64,000 bases of DNA, taken from assembly GCA_902802115.1 (NCBI GenBank), contig CADCKW010000001.1:72409-136408 (forward strand). Reading direction: 5' to 3'. Origin of the DNA: an uncultured Pseudomonadota bacterium (GTDB lineage: Bacteria > Pseudomonadota > Alphaproteobacteria > Rs-D84). This document shows positions 8,068 through 16,500 of this stretch, one piece after another (position 1 is the stretch's first letter; the number at the start of each line of letters is the position of its first letter). Position numbers and translations under genes: made by a program. The notes below the pieces were generated by a model, which worked only from the letters and a program-made list of their open reading frames with translations, was not told the DNA's origin and did not search any database.

Positions 8068-8742
8068 ATGCCAAAAGAAAACAATAATGTTTTTTTACAA
8101 ACAAAAGATTTATCCAAGACATACGAACACGAATGTGGCACATGGTCTTTGGAACAAATGCGATCTTTTCAAGATTCTTTAGCTGGTAAAGAAATCCCCA
8201 GAACATCTTGTTTGTTTGGTATAAACACCACATTAAATCGCACAGGTCATACCGCACGAGTTTACAAAATGCCAAGCGGTTTTAATCTGGAACCAATTAC
8301 AGAAAAATTAACTATACATGTAAATCCAGATATCGTAAATTGCCCATGTCACGTAAATGGTCCCCAAGAATGTTTGAAATGTATTGCATCGGGCAAATGT
8401 CCTGATAAATTCGTTCAAGATACATTTGCCTGTGAACTGTTTCCTCATTTATATGTCCAAGAACAAACTATAACAAAAATAGACAACTATATCCAGCCCC
8501 TGGACGGACTACGCAATTTTTGTTCTGATTCCAAAGAGGCCGTATACCAATATGAATATTATCTCACAGATAAAAGTCCAAACGAACACGTTATAGCATT
8601 AACACAATATACAGGACATCATTCGTACAAAATCGGTGACCATGTAATGGTTCAAAAGCTTATACCAATATCTTTCGGATTATACGATAAAAACCGTATA
8701 TTGACTGATGTCGTAAAAAAACGTTTTGGCATAGATAGATAA
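8068..8742 (+). CDS. Paralog D (fused domains X+Y), unknown function
   Basis: 224 aa. The N-terminus resembles A and B (NVFLQTKD…, CPCHVNGPQECLKCIASGKCPDK). The C-terminus resembles C. An AGGAA RBS precedes it. Confidence 0.6.
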   Translation: MPKENNNVFLQTKDLSKTYEHECGTWSLEQMRSFQDSLAGKEIPRTSCLFGINTTLNRTGHTARVYKMPSGFNLEPITEKLTIHVNPDIVNCPCHVNGPQECLKCIASGKCPDKFVQDTFACELFPHLYVQEQTITKIDNYIQPLDGLRNFCSDSKEAVYQYEYYLTDKSPNEHVIALTQYTGHHSYKIGDHVMVQKLIPISFGLYDKNRILTDVVKKRFGIDR

Positions 8743-8765
8743 AAAACAAAAATAGGAAGAAAGAA

Positions 8766-10235
8766 ATGATTGATTTAACGATTGTTGAAGCACTAAAAAA
8801 ATTAAAATCGCGTGAAATATCTGCGACCGAATTAACACGTGCGCATTTAAACCGTATCGAAAAATTCGGGGGCGAATTAAATTGCTATATCACAACAACC
8901 CCTGAACGCGCGTTAAGCGATGCAGCGGCGGCTGATGAACGTTATTCACGTGGCACTGCGCGCGTTTTGGACGGTATTCCAATCGCGATGAAGGATTTAT
9001 TTGCAACATGTGGTATTCGCACAACGGCGGCATCACACATGCTGGAAAATTTTGTTCCAGAATATGAATCAACAATTTCACAAAAATATATTGATGCTGG
9101 AACGGTCCTGTTGGGCAAGGCAAACCTGGACGAATTCGCAATGGGCACATTTTCCAAAACTTCCTATTTTGGTGCCCCGGTCAGTCCATGGCAACGCAGT
9201 CGCAGACTCACCGCCGGCGGTTCATCAGGTGGAACAACATCTGCGGTGGCTGGCGGTCTTGCCATGGGCGGCACCGGTACCGACACAGGTGGTTCGATTC
9301 GTTTTCCTGCATCTATTACTGGATTGGTTGGTGTAAAACCAACATACGGTTTATGTTCTCGTTGGGGTTGTATCGCATTTGCATCAAGTCTGGATACCCC
9401 GGGACCAATCGCACGCACCGTTGATGATGCTGCCATTTTATTATCAATTATGGCGGGCCATGATGAAAAAGATTCAACCAGCAGCCCAAATCAAAATTTT
9501 CATATATCGGGCGAATTGGAACCAATCTTGGGCAATGGCAAAAAATTGCGCGTTGGCATAATCAAAGAATTCAAAGATGTTGAAATATCACCTGATATGA
9601 AACGCATATTTGATGCAAGAATTCGCGATTTAGAATCCGCTGGCGCAGAAATAGTCGAAGTTTCAATTCCAAATATTTTGGACGCATTGGCGGCATATTA
9701 CATAATTGCCCCGGCCGAGGCTTCATCAAACCTGGCACGCTATGACGGTGTTCGTTATGGTTTGCGCGTCGAAGGCAAAGATATTTACGATACATACAAA
9801 AAGACGCGTGCTGCTGGCTTTGGCGAGGAAGTACAACGCCGTATGATTATTGGAACCGCGGTTTTATCTTCGGAATCATACGATGTGTATTTTATGCAGG
9901 CCGCACGCGTTCGTCGTTTAATTGCAGATGCTTTCAATCGTGCATTTGAACAATGTGACTTGATTGTATGCCCGGCGGGCGCATCAACCGCACAACCACT
10001 GGACGCAGATTTGTCCCCATTGGAATATTACGCATTGGATTTATTTACCGTTGCCATGAATTTGGCAGGTGTCCCTGCGGTCAGCGTTCCGGCTGGCATG
10101 GCGGAAAATGGTTTGCCATTGGGAATGCAGGTTGTAGGGCGCCGTTTTGACGATTTACGCGCATTGCAATTGGCAAAACATATCCAAGAATTCAGCGGTG
10201 TTGATAATCGTCCAACAAAAATCATGGGTGAATAA
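8766..10235 (+). CDS. gatA: Glutamyl-tRNA(Gln) amidotransferase subunit A (amidase family)
   Basis: 489 aa with the amidase signature (GGSSGG…GTDTGGSIR) and the GatA pattern. Confidence 0.9.
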   Translation: MIDLTIVEALKKLKSREISATELTRAHLNRIEKFGGELNCYITTTPERALSDAAAADERYSRGTARVLDGIPIAMKDLFATCGIRTTAASHMLENFVPEYESTISQKYIDAGTVLLGKANLDEFAMGTFSKTSYFGAPVSPWQRSRRLTAGGSSGGTTSAVAGGLAMGGTGTDTGGSIRFPASITGLVGVKPTYGLCSRWGCIAFASSLDTPGPIARTVDDAAILLSIMAGHDEKDSTSSPNQNFHISGELEPILGNGKKLRVGIIKEFKDVEISPDMKRIFDARIRDLESAGAEIVEVSIPNILDALAAYYIIAPAEASSNLARYDGVRYGLRVEGKDIYDTYKKTRAAGFGEEVQRRMIIGTAVLSSESYDVYFMQAARVRRLIADAFNRAFEQCDLIVCPAGASTAQPLDADLSPLEYYALDLFTVAMNLAGVPAVSVPAGMAENGLPLGMQVVGRRFDDLRALQLAKHIQEFSGVDNRPTKIMGE

Positions 10236-10276
10236 TCAAATGAAAAAAATGTTGGGAAAAAATGAGTATAAAAAAA

Positions 10277-10352
10277 TGGTGGCCAGAAGTGGAATCGAAC
10301 CACTGACACAGGGATTTTCAGTCCCTTGCTCTACCAACTGAGCTATCTGGCC
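10277..10352 (-). tRNA. tRNA-Phe (GAA)
   Basis: The reverse complement folds as a cloverleaf: GGCCAGA-TA-GCTC-AGTTGGTA-GAGC-A-AGGGA-CTGAAAA-TCCCT-GTGTC-AGTGG-TTCGATT-CCACT-TCTGGCC-ACCA. The anticodon is GAA and the CCA is encoded. Confidence 0.85.
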
Positions 10353-10406
10353 ATCCGCAGGGGAAATATTAAAGTATAAAAAAACAAAAAGCAAGGAAAA
10401 ATAAAA

Positions 10407-11930
10407 ATGTATACAATAAAAGGCAAAACAGGTGATTGGGAAGTAGTTGTTGGTTTGGAAACTCATATAGAGGTTTTATCCAACAGTAAAATTTTCAGTG
10501 GTGCGTCCGCAAATTACAATCCAACAATCGCCCCCAATACCCATGTATCATTTGTTGATGCGGCTATGCCAGGCATGTTGCCAGTATTGAACGAATATTG
10601 CGTTGATCAGGCCATTAAATTTGGTTTGGGTATCAATGCAGAAATTTCACGCGTCAGCCGTTTTGCCCGCAAACAATATTTTTACCCTGACCTGCCCCAA
10701 GGATATCAAATTTCGCAACCGGCGGACGAACCACCCGTTGTCGGTCGCGGTTGGGTTGAAATCATCGGCGATGACGGTAATCCCAAAAAGATTTTAATCG
10801 AACGCGCACATTTGGAACAGGACGCGGCAAAAAACAAACATGATATGCACCCAACAAAATCATTTGTTGATTTGAATCGTTCTGGGGTCACATTATTGGA
10901 AATCGTGACATTTTTAGATGTAAAAAATTCAGAAAACAATTCATATATTTCGTCCCCTGACGAAGCCGAACAATATTTGCGTAAAATTCGTGAAATCGCG
11001 CGCGCATTGGGCGTATCCAAGGCAAATATGGAAGAAGGTTCCATGCGTGCCGACGTCAATGTTTCTGTCCGCCGCGCGGGCTCCAAAAAATTTGGAACAC
11101 GCACAGAAACAAAAAACATGGTATCATTTAAATTTATCAAAAACGCCATTGAATACGAGGCAAACCGCCAAGTAGAACTGTTGGAATCCGGCGGCACCGT
11201 CACCCAAGACACTATGCGTTATAACCAAGCCGACGGGACCACATCTGTCCTGCGCAGCAAAGAAGACGCGTTGGATTATCGTTATTTCCCAGACCCAGAT
11301 TTATTGCCATTGGTTATAACCGACGAACGCATTGAACGTATCCGTAAAACAATGCCAGAATTGCCAGAGGCAACACGCGCACGCTATATCAACACATACG
11401 GATTAAACGAATATGATGCGGCACGTTTAACCGAAACAACCGATATTTCACATTGGTTTGATACAGCGGTTGGCAACAAAGCCGAACGTGCCAAACCAAT
11501 TGCAAACTGGATGATTAGTGAATTGTTTGCACACCCTGAAAACTATGATATTACAAATACGGTGCGCGAACGTGATGCGGACGAACCACGCATTATCACA
11601 CCTGAAAATATTGCCGAATTGGTTGATATGATTGGGGCATCCGAAATCAACGGCAAACAGGCCAAAGAAATATTTATCAAAATGTTAGACGGCGAAACCG
11701 GCACACCACATGAAATTGCCGACAAATTTGGTATGAAACAAATGACAGATACCGGCGCCATTGAAAAAATCATTGATGATGTTTTATCACAAAATGCATC
11801 TCAGGTTGAACAATATAAATCTGGCAAGGTTGGATTGTTTGGATTCTTTGTTGGTGCCGTCATGCGTGCAACCGGTGGCAAGGCAAACCCAGGTGTCGTA
11901 AATGAAATTTTGAAAAAGAAGTTGGGTTAA
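10407..11930 (+). CDS. gatB: Glutamyl-tRNA(Gln) amidotransferase subunit B
   Basis: 507 aa with GatB/GatE-family sequence throughout (…WEVVVGLETHIEV…). Confidence 0.9.
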   Translation: MYTIKGKTGDWEVVVGLETHIEVLSNSKIFSGASANYNPTIAPNTHVSFVDAAMPGMLPVLNEYCVDQAIKFGLGINAEISRVSRFARKQYFYPDLPQGYQISQPADEPPVVGRGWVEIIGDDGNPKKILIERAHLEQDAAKNKHDMHPTKSFVDLNRSGVTLLEIVTFLDVKNSENNSYISSPDEAEQYLRKIREIARALGVSKANMEEGSMRADVNVSVRRAGSKKFGTRTETKNMVSFKFIKNAIEYEANRQVELLESGGTVTQDTMRYNQADGTTSVLRSKEDALDYRYFPDPDLLPLVITDERIERIRKTMPELPEATRARYINTYGLNEYDAARLTETTDISHWFDTAVGNKAERAKPIANWMISELFAHPENYDITNTVRERDADEPRIITPENIAELVDMIGASEINGKQAKEIFIKMLDGETGTPHEIADKFGMKQMTDTGAIEKIIDDVLSQNASQVEQYKSGKVGLFGFFVGAVMRATGGKANPGVVNEILKKKLG

Positions 11931-11936
11931 ACAACA

Positions 11937-13235
11937 ATGGCAAAAAAATTTTATATAAAAACTTTTGGTTGCCAAATGAACGTTTATGATGGATTGCGTA
12001 TCGCCGCAATGTTGGAACATCATGGACTCGAAAGCACAGACAATGTCGCCGATGCAGACATAATTTTATTAAACACATGCGCGGTTCGTGCCAAGGCAAC
12101 CGATAAAGTATATTCTGCATTGGGACGCATACGACGCGCAAAAAAACCAGATGCAATATATGGCATTGTTGGTTGCGTTGCACGCGAATCTGGTGCCGAT
12201 GCATTTCGTAAAATCCGCGATTTGAATTTTGTTTTGGGGCCACAAAGTTATCATAAATTGCCTGAAATAATTAAAAATCCAGATAGTAAATTACTGGACA
12301 TTGATTTGGGTGGTTTGGAAAAATTTGATGAATTACCACCAATAACTAAATCACCATTTGTCGCATATATTCCTGTCCAGGAAGGTTGCAATCATTGTTG
12401 TACATATTGCATTGTGCCTTTCACGCGTGGTCGCGAAATATCCAGACCATATAACGATATTTTGGCGGAAACAATGCATGCAGCCGCCGTTGGCGCAATT
12501 GAAATTTGTTTTATCGGTCAAAATGTAAATGGATATAAATACACCGATGAAAATGGAAAAACATATCGTTTATCAGACCTGATAAAACAAACTGCAAAAA
12601 TTGATTCTGTGAAACGAATTCGTTTTACGTCCAGTTATCCAACCGAAATGACAGATGATTTAATTGAACTATTTAAAACCGAATCAAAATTATTACCATT
12701 TTTGAACATGCCAATTCAAAGTGGTTCTAATAATATTTTACAAAAAATGAATCGTCAATATAATCTGGACGAATATATAACAATAATAAATAAATTCAAA
12801 ATTGCCCGTCCAGACATACAAATTTCCAGTGATTTTATCGTTGGTTTTCCTGGCGAAACGAATACTGATTTTGAACAAACCGTCGATATAGCCAAGCAGA
12901 TTAAATACATAAATTCTTATTCATTTAAATATTCGCCCCGGCCTCATACTGCGGCGGCAATTATGCAAAATCAAATTCCAGAAAACATAAAAAGCGAACG
13001 TTTAATAAAACTGGACGCGGTATTGAACGATATTCAACGCGAGTTTAATTTATCATGCCAAGATAAAGTTTTTGATTGCTTATACGAAGGTGCTGATAAA
13101 ACTGGTACAAAACAAATTTATCGCACCCCATATATGCAGCCATGTATTGTTGAAACGGATAATCCAACCCCAATGGCACGCATAAAAATCACATCTGGAA
13201 ACAAATCATGCCTGCATGGAAAAATTGTTGATTAA
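11937..13235 (+). CDS. miaB: Radical-SAM methylthiotransferase, MiaB/RimO family
   Basis: 432 aa. It has the N-terminal MTTase Cys pattern (FGCQMN…NTCAVR…GCV) and the radical-SAM CxxxCxxC motif (CNHCCTYC). Confidence 0.8.
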   Translation: MAKKFYIKTFGCQMNVYDGLRIAAMLEHHGLESTDNVADADIILLNTCAVRAKATDKVYSALGRIRRAKKPDAIYGIVGCVARESGADAFRKIRDLNFVLGPQSYHKLPEIIKNPDSKLLDIDLGGLEKFDELPPITKSPFVAYIPVQEGCNHCCTYCIVPFTRGREISRPYNDILAETMHAAAVGAIEICFIGQNVNGYKYTDENGKTYRLSDLIKQTAKIDSVKRIRFTSSYPTEMTDDLIELFKTESKLLPFLNMPIQSGSNNILQKMNRQYNLDEYITIINKFKIARPDIQISSDFIVGFPGETNTDFEQTVDIAKQIKYINSYSFKYSPRPHTAAAIMQNQIPENIKSERLIKLDAVLNDIQREFNLSCQDKVFDCLYEGADKTGTKQIYRTPYMQPCIVETDNPTPMARIKITSGNKSCLHGKIVD

Positions 13236-14518
13236 AAAGCAAGTTTAACATTTGCAGAAAATTTACCAGTCCAACCAAAATCTGTATCAACCACACCGAT
13301 TGATATGCCACCACCAATTTTATCAGCAACCGTCCATATTGCTAAATCAATCGCGGCATCTAAATACCCGGCTGAATTTATACCGCCACGTAAATTATAT
13401 GAATATGATACACCGTCCATAAAATATTTAAATCCAACATCTGTTCCTGTATGCAACAAATACATATTATCATGCGCATTTGAAATTTTTACATCATTTG
13501 CACTAATTCCAACAAACGGTGATAAAAATAAACCTGATTCAAAATTAAATTTTGCACCAATATCTGTTCCAAAATAATATCCAACCACATTTGGATTGTT
13601 ATTTGATGATGTTTTTATTTTTGCAAAACTTAAACCACCAACACCGCGCACAAACATAACATCATTTAATTCATATAACACACGCAGATTTCCACCATAT
13701 ATCGCATAATCAAAATCATCAACCCCATACTTGAATTCTGCCCCAGATAAATATGCCGTTGCCCCGACAAACAACCGACCGGCAACTTTGGCGCCAGAAT
13801 TCAAACGCAAACCAATTCCATTAAAATCCGATGCGTTATAATAATCAGGTGCCACAGATAAAAAATAATCATCAACAAAATCAAACTTTGCAAATAACTC
13901 GTGTTGATTTATCGCCGATACAGGTCGCAATAATACCGATGGCGTATATTGCAACATTGAATCAATACCTGTCAAACCCGCAGACACCTGGTGTGATGCC
14001 AAATATGATGCCGAATAGCGACGATTTATACACCTACCCGAACCACCGTCACATGCACCCCACTCATACACAAAATCGTTTGATGGATTTGCTTCTTCTA
14101 TATCAGGCGCCCTATTCCAACTTAAATTATGAAAAACAACCAAATCATTTTGTTCGCCATTTATCCCGTTCAAGAAAGGTTCTTGGAATCGAAACACAAC
14201 ATTATCGTTTTGAATTGATAAATCTGTATTAAAATCATTATCTGTTAAAAACGACCCATCAACCAACAATGCAATTCTTTGCGAACCGCCATCTATTTTC
14301 AAAACAGTCGCACCAATGTTATCCAGAGCACTCAATGAATATCCACTACCACCTATGATAACAACCTCTTCATTTACTGGCCGAGATAACGAATCTAAAT
14401 CTGCTGGACTTTCAATTGGCGGAACGAAACCAAACACAGCACGTGTGATAAATAATTCAACCGCCATACAAGATGCCAACATTACATATCTCATATAATA
14501 AAGTCTAATAAAGCACAA
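13232..14518 (-). CDS. Outer-membrane beta-barrel protein (hypothetical)
   Basis: 428 aa ending …NVKLAF (C-terminal Phe). It shows alternating-hydrophobic beta-strand patterns and a signal peptide. The start is uncertain; an alternative ATG is at 14494. Confidence 0.55.
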   Translation of the reverse strand: MCFIRLYYMRYVMLASCMAVELFITRAVFGFVPPIESPADLDSLSRPVNEEVVIIGGSGYSLSALDNIGATVLKIDGGSQRIALLVDGSFLTDNDFNTDLSIQNDNVVFRFQEPFLNGINGEQNDLVVFHNLSWNRAPDIEEANPSNDFVYEWGACDGGSGRCINRRYSASYLASHQVSAGLTGIDSMLQYTPSVLLRPVSAINQHELFAKFDFVDDYFLSVAPDYYNASDFNGIGLRLNSGAKVAGRLFVGATAYLSGAEFKYGVDDFDYAIYGGNLRVLYELNDVMFVRGVGGLSFAKIKTSSNNNPNVVGYYFGTDIGAKFNFESGLFLSPFVGISANDVKISNAHDNMYLLHTGTDVGFKYFMDGVSYSYNLRGGINSAGYLDAAIDLAIWTVADKIGGGISIGVVDTDFGWTGKFSANVKLAF

Positions 14519-14649
14519 TCACAAAACAAAGGAAAAAATTCCTAAAAAAACATTGGGCATCTAAACCTATATAAAACACGACATTTCTTTGATACGATTA
14601 AAGTATCGACACAGAAAGAAACAAACAAAAAACTCAAAAAGGAGAAAAC

Positions 14650-15252
14650 ATGAAAAAACTTGCTATTTCTACACTTGCTGTATTAATCGCATGCCCTGCA
14701 TTTGCGGGCCAACATTGCAACGACAGTTTTTGGAGTGATTTAGACCCATATATTGCGTTGCGTGGCGGTATTGGATATACCAATACAAACTATAATTTTG
14801 ATGGACAAAAAGAATCTATCGCCGATATGGTTTTGGACGGACGCGTTGCTTTGGGTATTCAAATGCACAAATTATACCGGACAGAACTTGAATGGGCAAT
14901 CTATGGCGATGCCAAAGACAACGCAGACTTTGGTGCCGCAACAGATGTGGAAGTAAAAACAAAATTACAAACATTGTTGTTAAATACATACATGGATTTG
15001 GGTTCTTATAACATTGTTCGCCCATACATTGGTTTGGGTGCCGGTGTTGGATTTACAGAAATCGGTCGTTCCGGTGCAACAATCGAACAACACACCGATG
15101 ACAAAGGTGGTTTTGCCGCTGGTGCAATATTGGGTATGACTTTTGACATGGACCAATTTGCGATTGATGTTGCAACCAGATACACATATGTTGATGTCCA
15201 GGCTGGATTGCATAACTTTGGTGCCGATGTTGGTGTCAGATTTATGTTCTAA
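14650..15252 (+). CDS. Small outer-membrane beta-barrel protein (OmpW/Opa-like)
   Basis: 200 aa with a signal peptide (MKKLAISTLAVLIACPAFA) and a C-terminus …GVRFMF. A GGAG RBS precedes it. Confidence 0.6.
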   Translation: MKKLAISTLAVLIACPAFAGQHCNDSFWSDLDPYIALRGGIGYTNTNYNFDGQKESIADMVLDGRVALGIQMHKLYRTELEWAIYGDAKDNADFGAATDVEVKTKLQTLLLNTYMDLGSYNIVRPYIGLGAGVGFTEIGRSGATIEQHTDDKGGFAAGAILGMTFDMDQFAIDVATRYTYVDVQAGLHNFGADVGVRFMF

Positions 15253-15277
15253 AAAAAACATCATAAAAAAATATTTT

Positions 15278-15308
15278 CCCATACAGATTTGTATGGGTTT
15301 TTATTTTA
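15278..15308 (+). terminator. Rho-independent terminator
   Basis: The hairpin cccatacagatttgtatggg is followed by tttttatttta. Confidence 0.7.
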
Positions 15309-15323
15309 TACAAAACACAAAAT

Positions 15324-15347
15324 AAAAAAACCGACCAAATTGGTCGG
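15324..15347 (-). terminator. Rho-independent terminator for the minus-strand gene 15370..15723
   Basis: The hairpin ccgaccaaattggtcgg has an A-run on the plus strand, which is a U-run in the minus transcript. Confidence 0.6.
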
Positions 15348-15369
15348 CATAACATTTAATCAATATTTT

Positions 15370-15723
15370 TTATAATCTGGCCAATGCCAATTTATTCAAC
15401 AGCCCAGATTCTATATCGGTCAATAAAGATACCATACCTTGATTAACTTCTTCGTTGGCAACCGCGCGTTCAATATATTCAATCAACTGAACACATTTTT
15501 TTACAATATCCAATTCAACAAATTTTGGATTTAAAATCCCAGCTTTGAAAATACTTTTATCTTCGGTTGCCATAAAATAACGTTCTGCAATTTTATCAAC
15601 CCAATCATCAATATCTTCACTCAATCTGTCGAACAACAAATGACGCGAATAATCATCTGTGGTCCAATGATTTATTTTACAAGAATATTTTAATGCAATT
15701 AAATGCTGAATCAATTCATACAT
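15370..15723 (-). CDS. Hypothetical protein
   Basis: 117-aa ORF between two terminators. A GGAGG-like RBS lies upstream (aaaggaggaaaatATG). Confidence 0.45.
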   Translation of the reverse strand: MYELIQHLIALKYSCKINHWTTDDYSRHLLFDRLSEDIDDWVDKIAERYFMATEDKSIFKAGILNPKFVELDIVKKCVQLIEYIERAVANEEVNQGMVSLLTDIESGLLNKLALARL

Positions 15724-15914
15724 ATTTTCCTCCTTTGTGTTTTACACATAAAAAAATTAAATCTTTTATATATAAAACAAAACAGGACAATATTCAAAAA
15801 ACATCGCTATACGCATTGTTTCTGGGATTTTCTAGGCAATCATACCTAACGCAAATTAAATTTTTTATTATAAAATAGTTTTGTATTTCATATAAAAAAC
15901 CAAAGGAGAAAAAT

Positions 15915-16457
15915 ATGAAAAAAATACTTAAACTATTATCTGCATTGGCTGTGATAGTGACTGTTGCAGGCTGCACAAATACAAATGAATACAACCATAA
16001 AAAACATTATTACAACGACGAACAGATTTGCACAAAATGTGGCAAGAAAAATTGCGAACACAAAAAACATTATTACAACGACAAACATAAAAACAAATTA
16101 TATTCAAAAATGTACACTCGCAACAATCATGGCGAAGCCAGTGAAATCGGTTATGTTAAATTCTATGATATCGACAGCGGTGTAAAAATGGTCGTAAATG
16201 TTGATAAATTGCGCGATGATATCGATTACACAACAAAAATATATCAATGCAAAGATGCGAAATGCACCAACCCAGACACATGTTGCAAAGAAACAACAAT
16301 GTCTTTGGAAATGCCTTTGACACGTAAAAACAAAAAATCCCCAATGCTGCAAGAAACATTTATTATCAAAAATATAAACACCAATCACTTGCAAGGCGCA
16401 ACAATATTCTTTGAACGCGACAAAGGATATCGTGCCGCATGGGGATTTTTGGATTAA
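15915..16457 (+). CDS. Lipoprotein with HKKHYYND repeats (hypothetical)
   Basis: 180 aa with a lipobox (VAGC) and an AAAGGAG RBS. It has internal His/Tyr-rich direct repeats (NHKKHYYNDEQICTKCGKKNCEHKKHYYNDKHKN). Confidence 0.55.
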   Translation: MKKILKLLSALAVIVTVAGCTNTNEYNHKKHYYNDEQICTKCGKKNCEHKKHYYNDKHKNKLYSKMYTRNNHGEASEIGYVKFYDIDSGVKMVVNVDKLRDDIDYTTKIYQCKDAKCTNPDTCCKETTMSLEMPLTRKNKKSPMLQETFIIKNINTNHLQGATIFFERDKGYRAAWGFLD

Positions 16458-16467
16458 AAATAACCAC

Positions 16468-16500
16468 AAAAAAACAGTCGCAAATGCGACTGTTTTTTTA
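16468..16500. terminator. Bidirectional rho-independent terminator
   Basis: The hairpin cagtcgcaaatgcgactg is flanked by A-run and T-run, between convergent genes. Confidence 0.7.

Noticed and set aside
6966-8742. Considered whether the gatC–gatA insert is a prophage remnant or an IS.
   Set aside because: There is no integrase, transposase, terminal inverted repeat or target-site duplication. All four genes are paralogs with host-like codon and AT composition and operon-style RBS spacing.
10706-11212. A 168-aa minus-strand ORF, plus similar internal ORFs at 56897..57418 and 9001..9336.
   Set aside because: They lie inside gatB, secD and gatA respectively, which are strongly supported. They have no independent signals.
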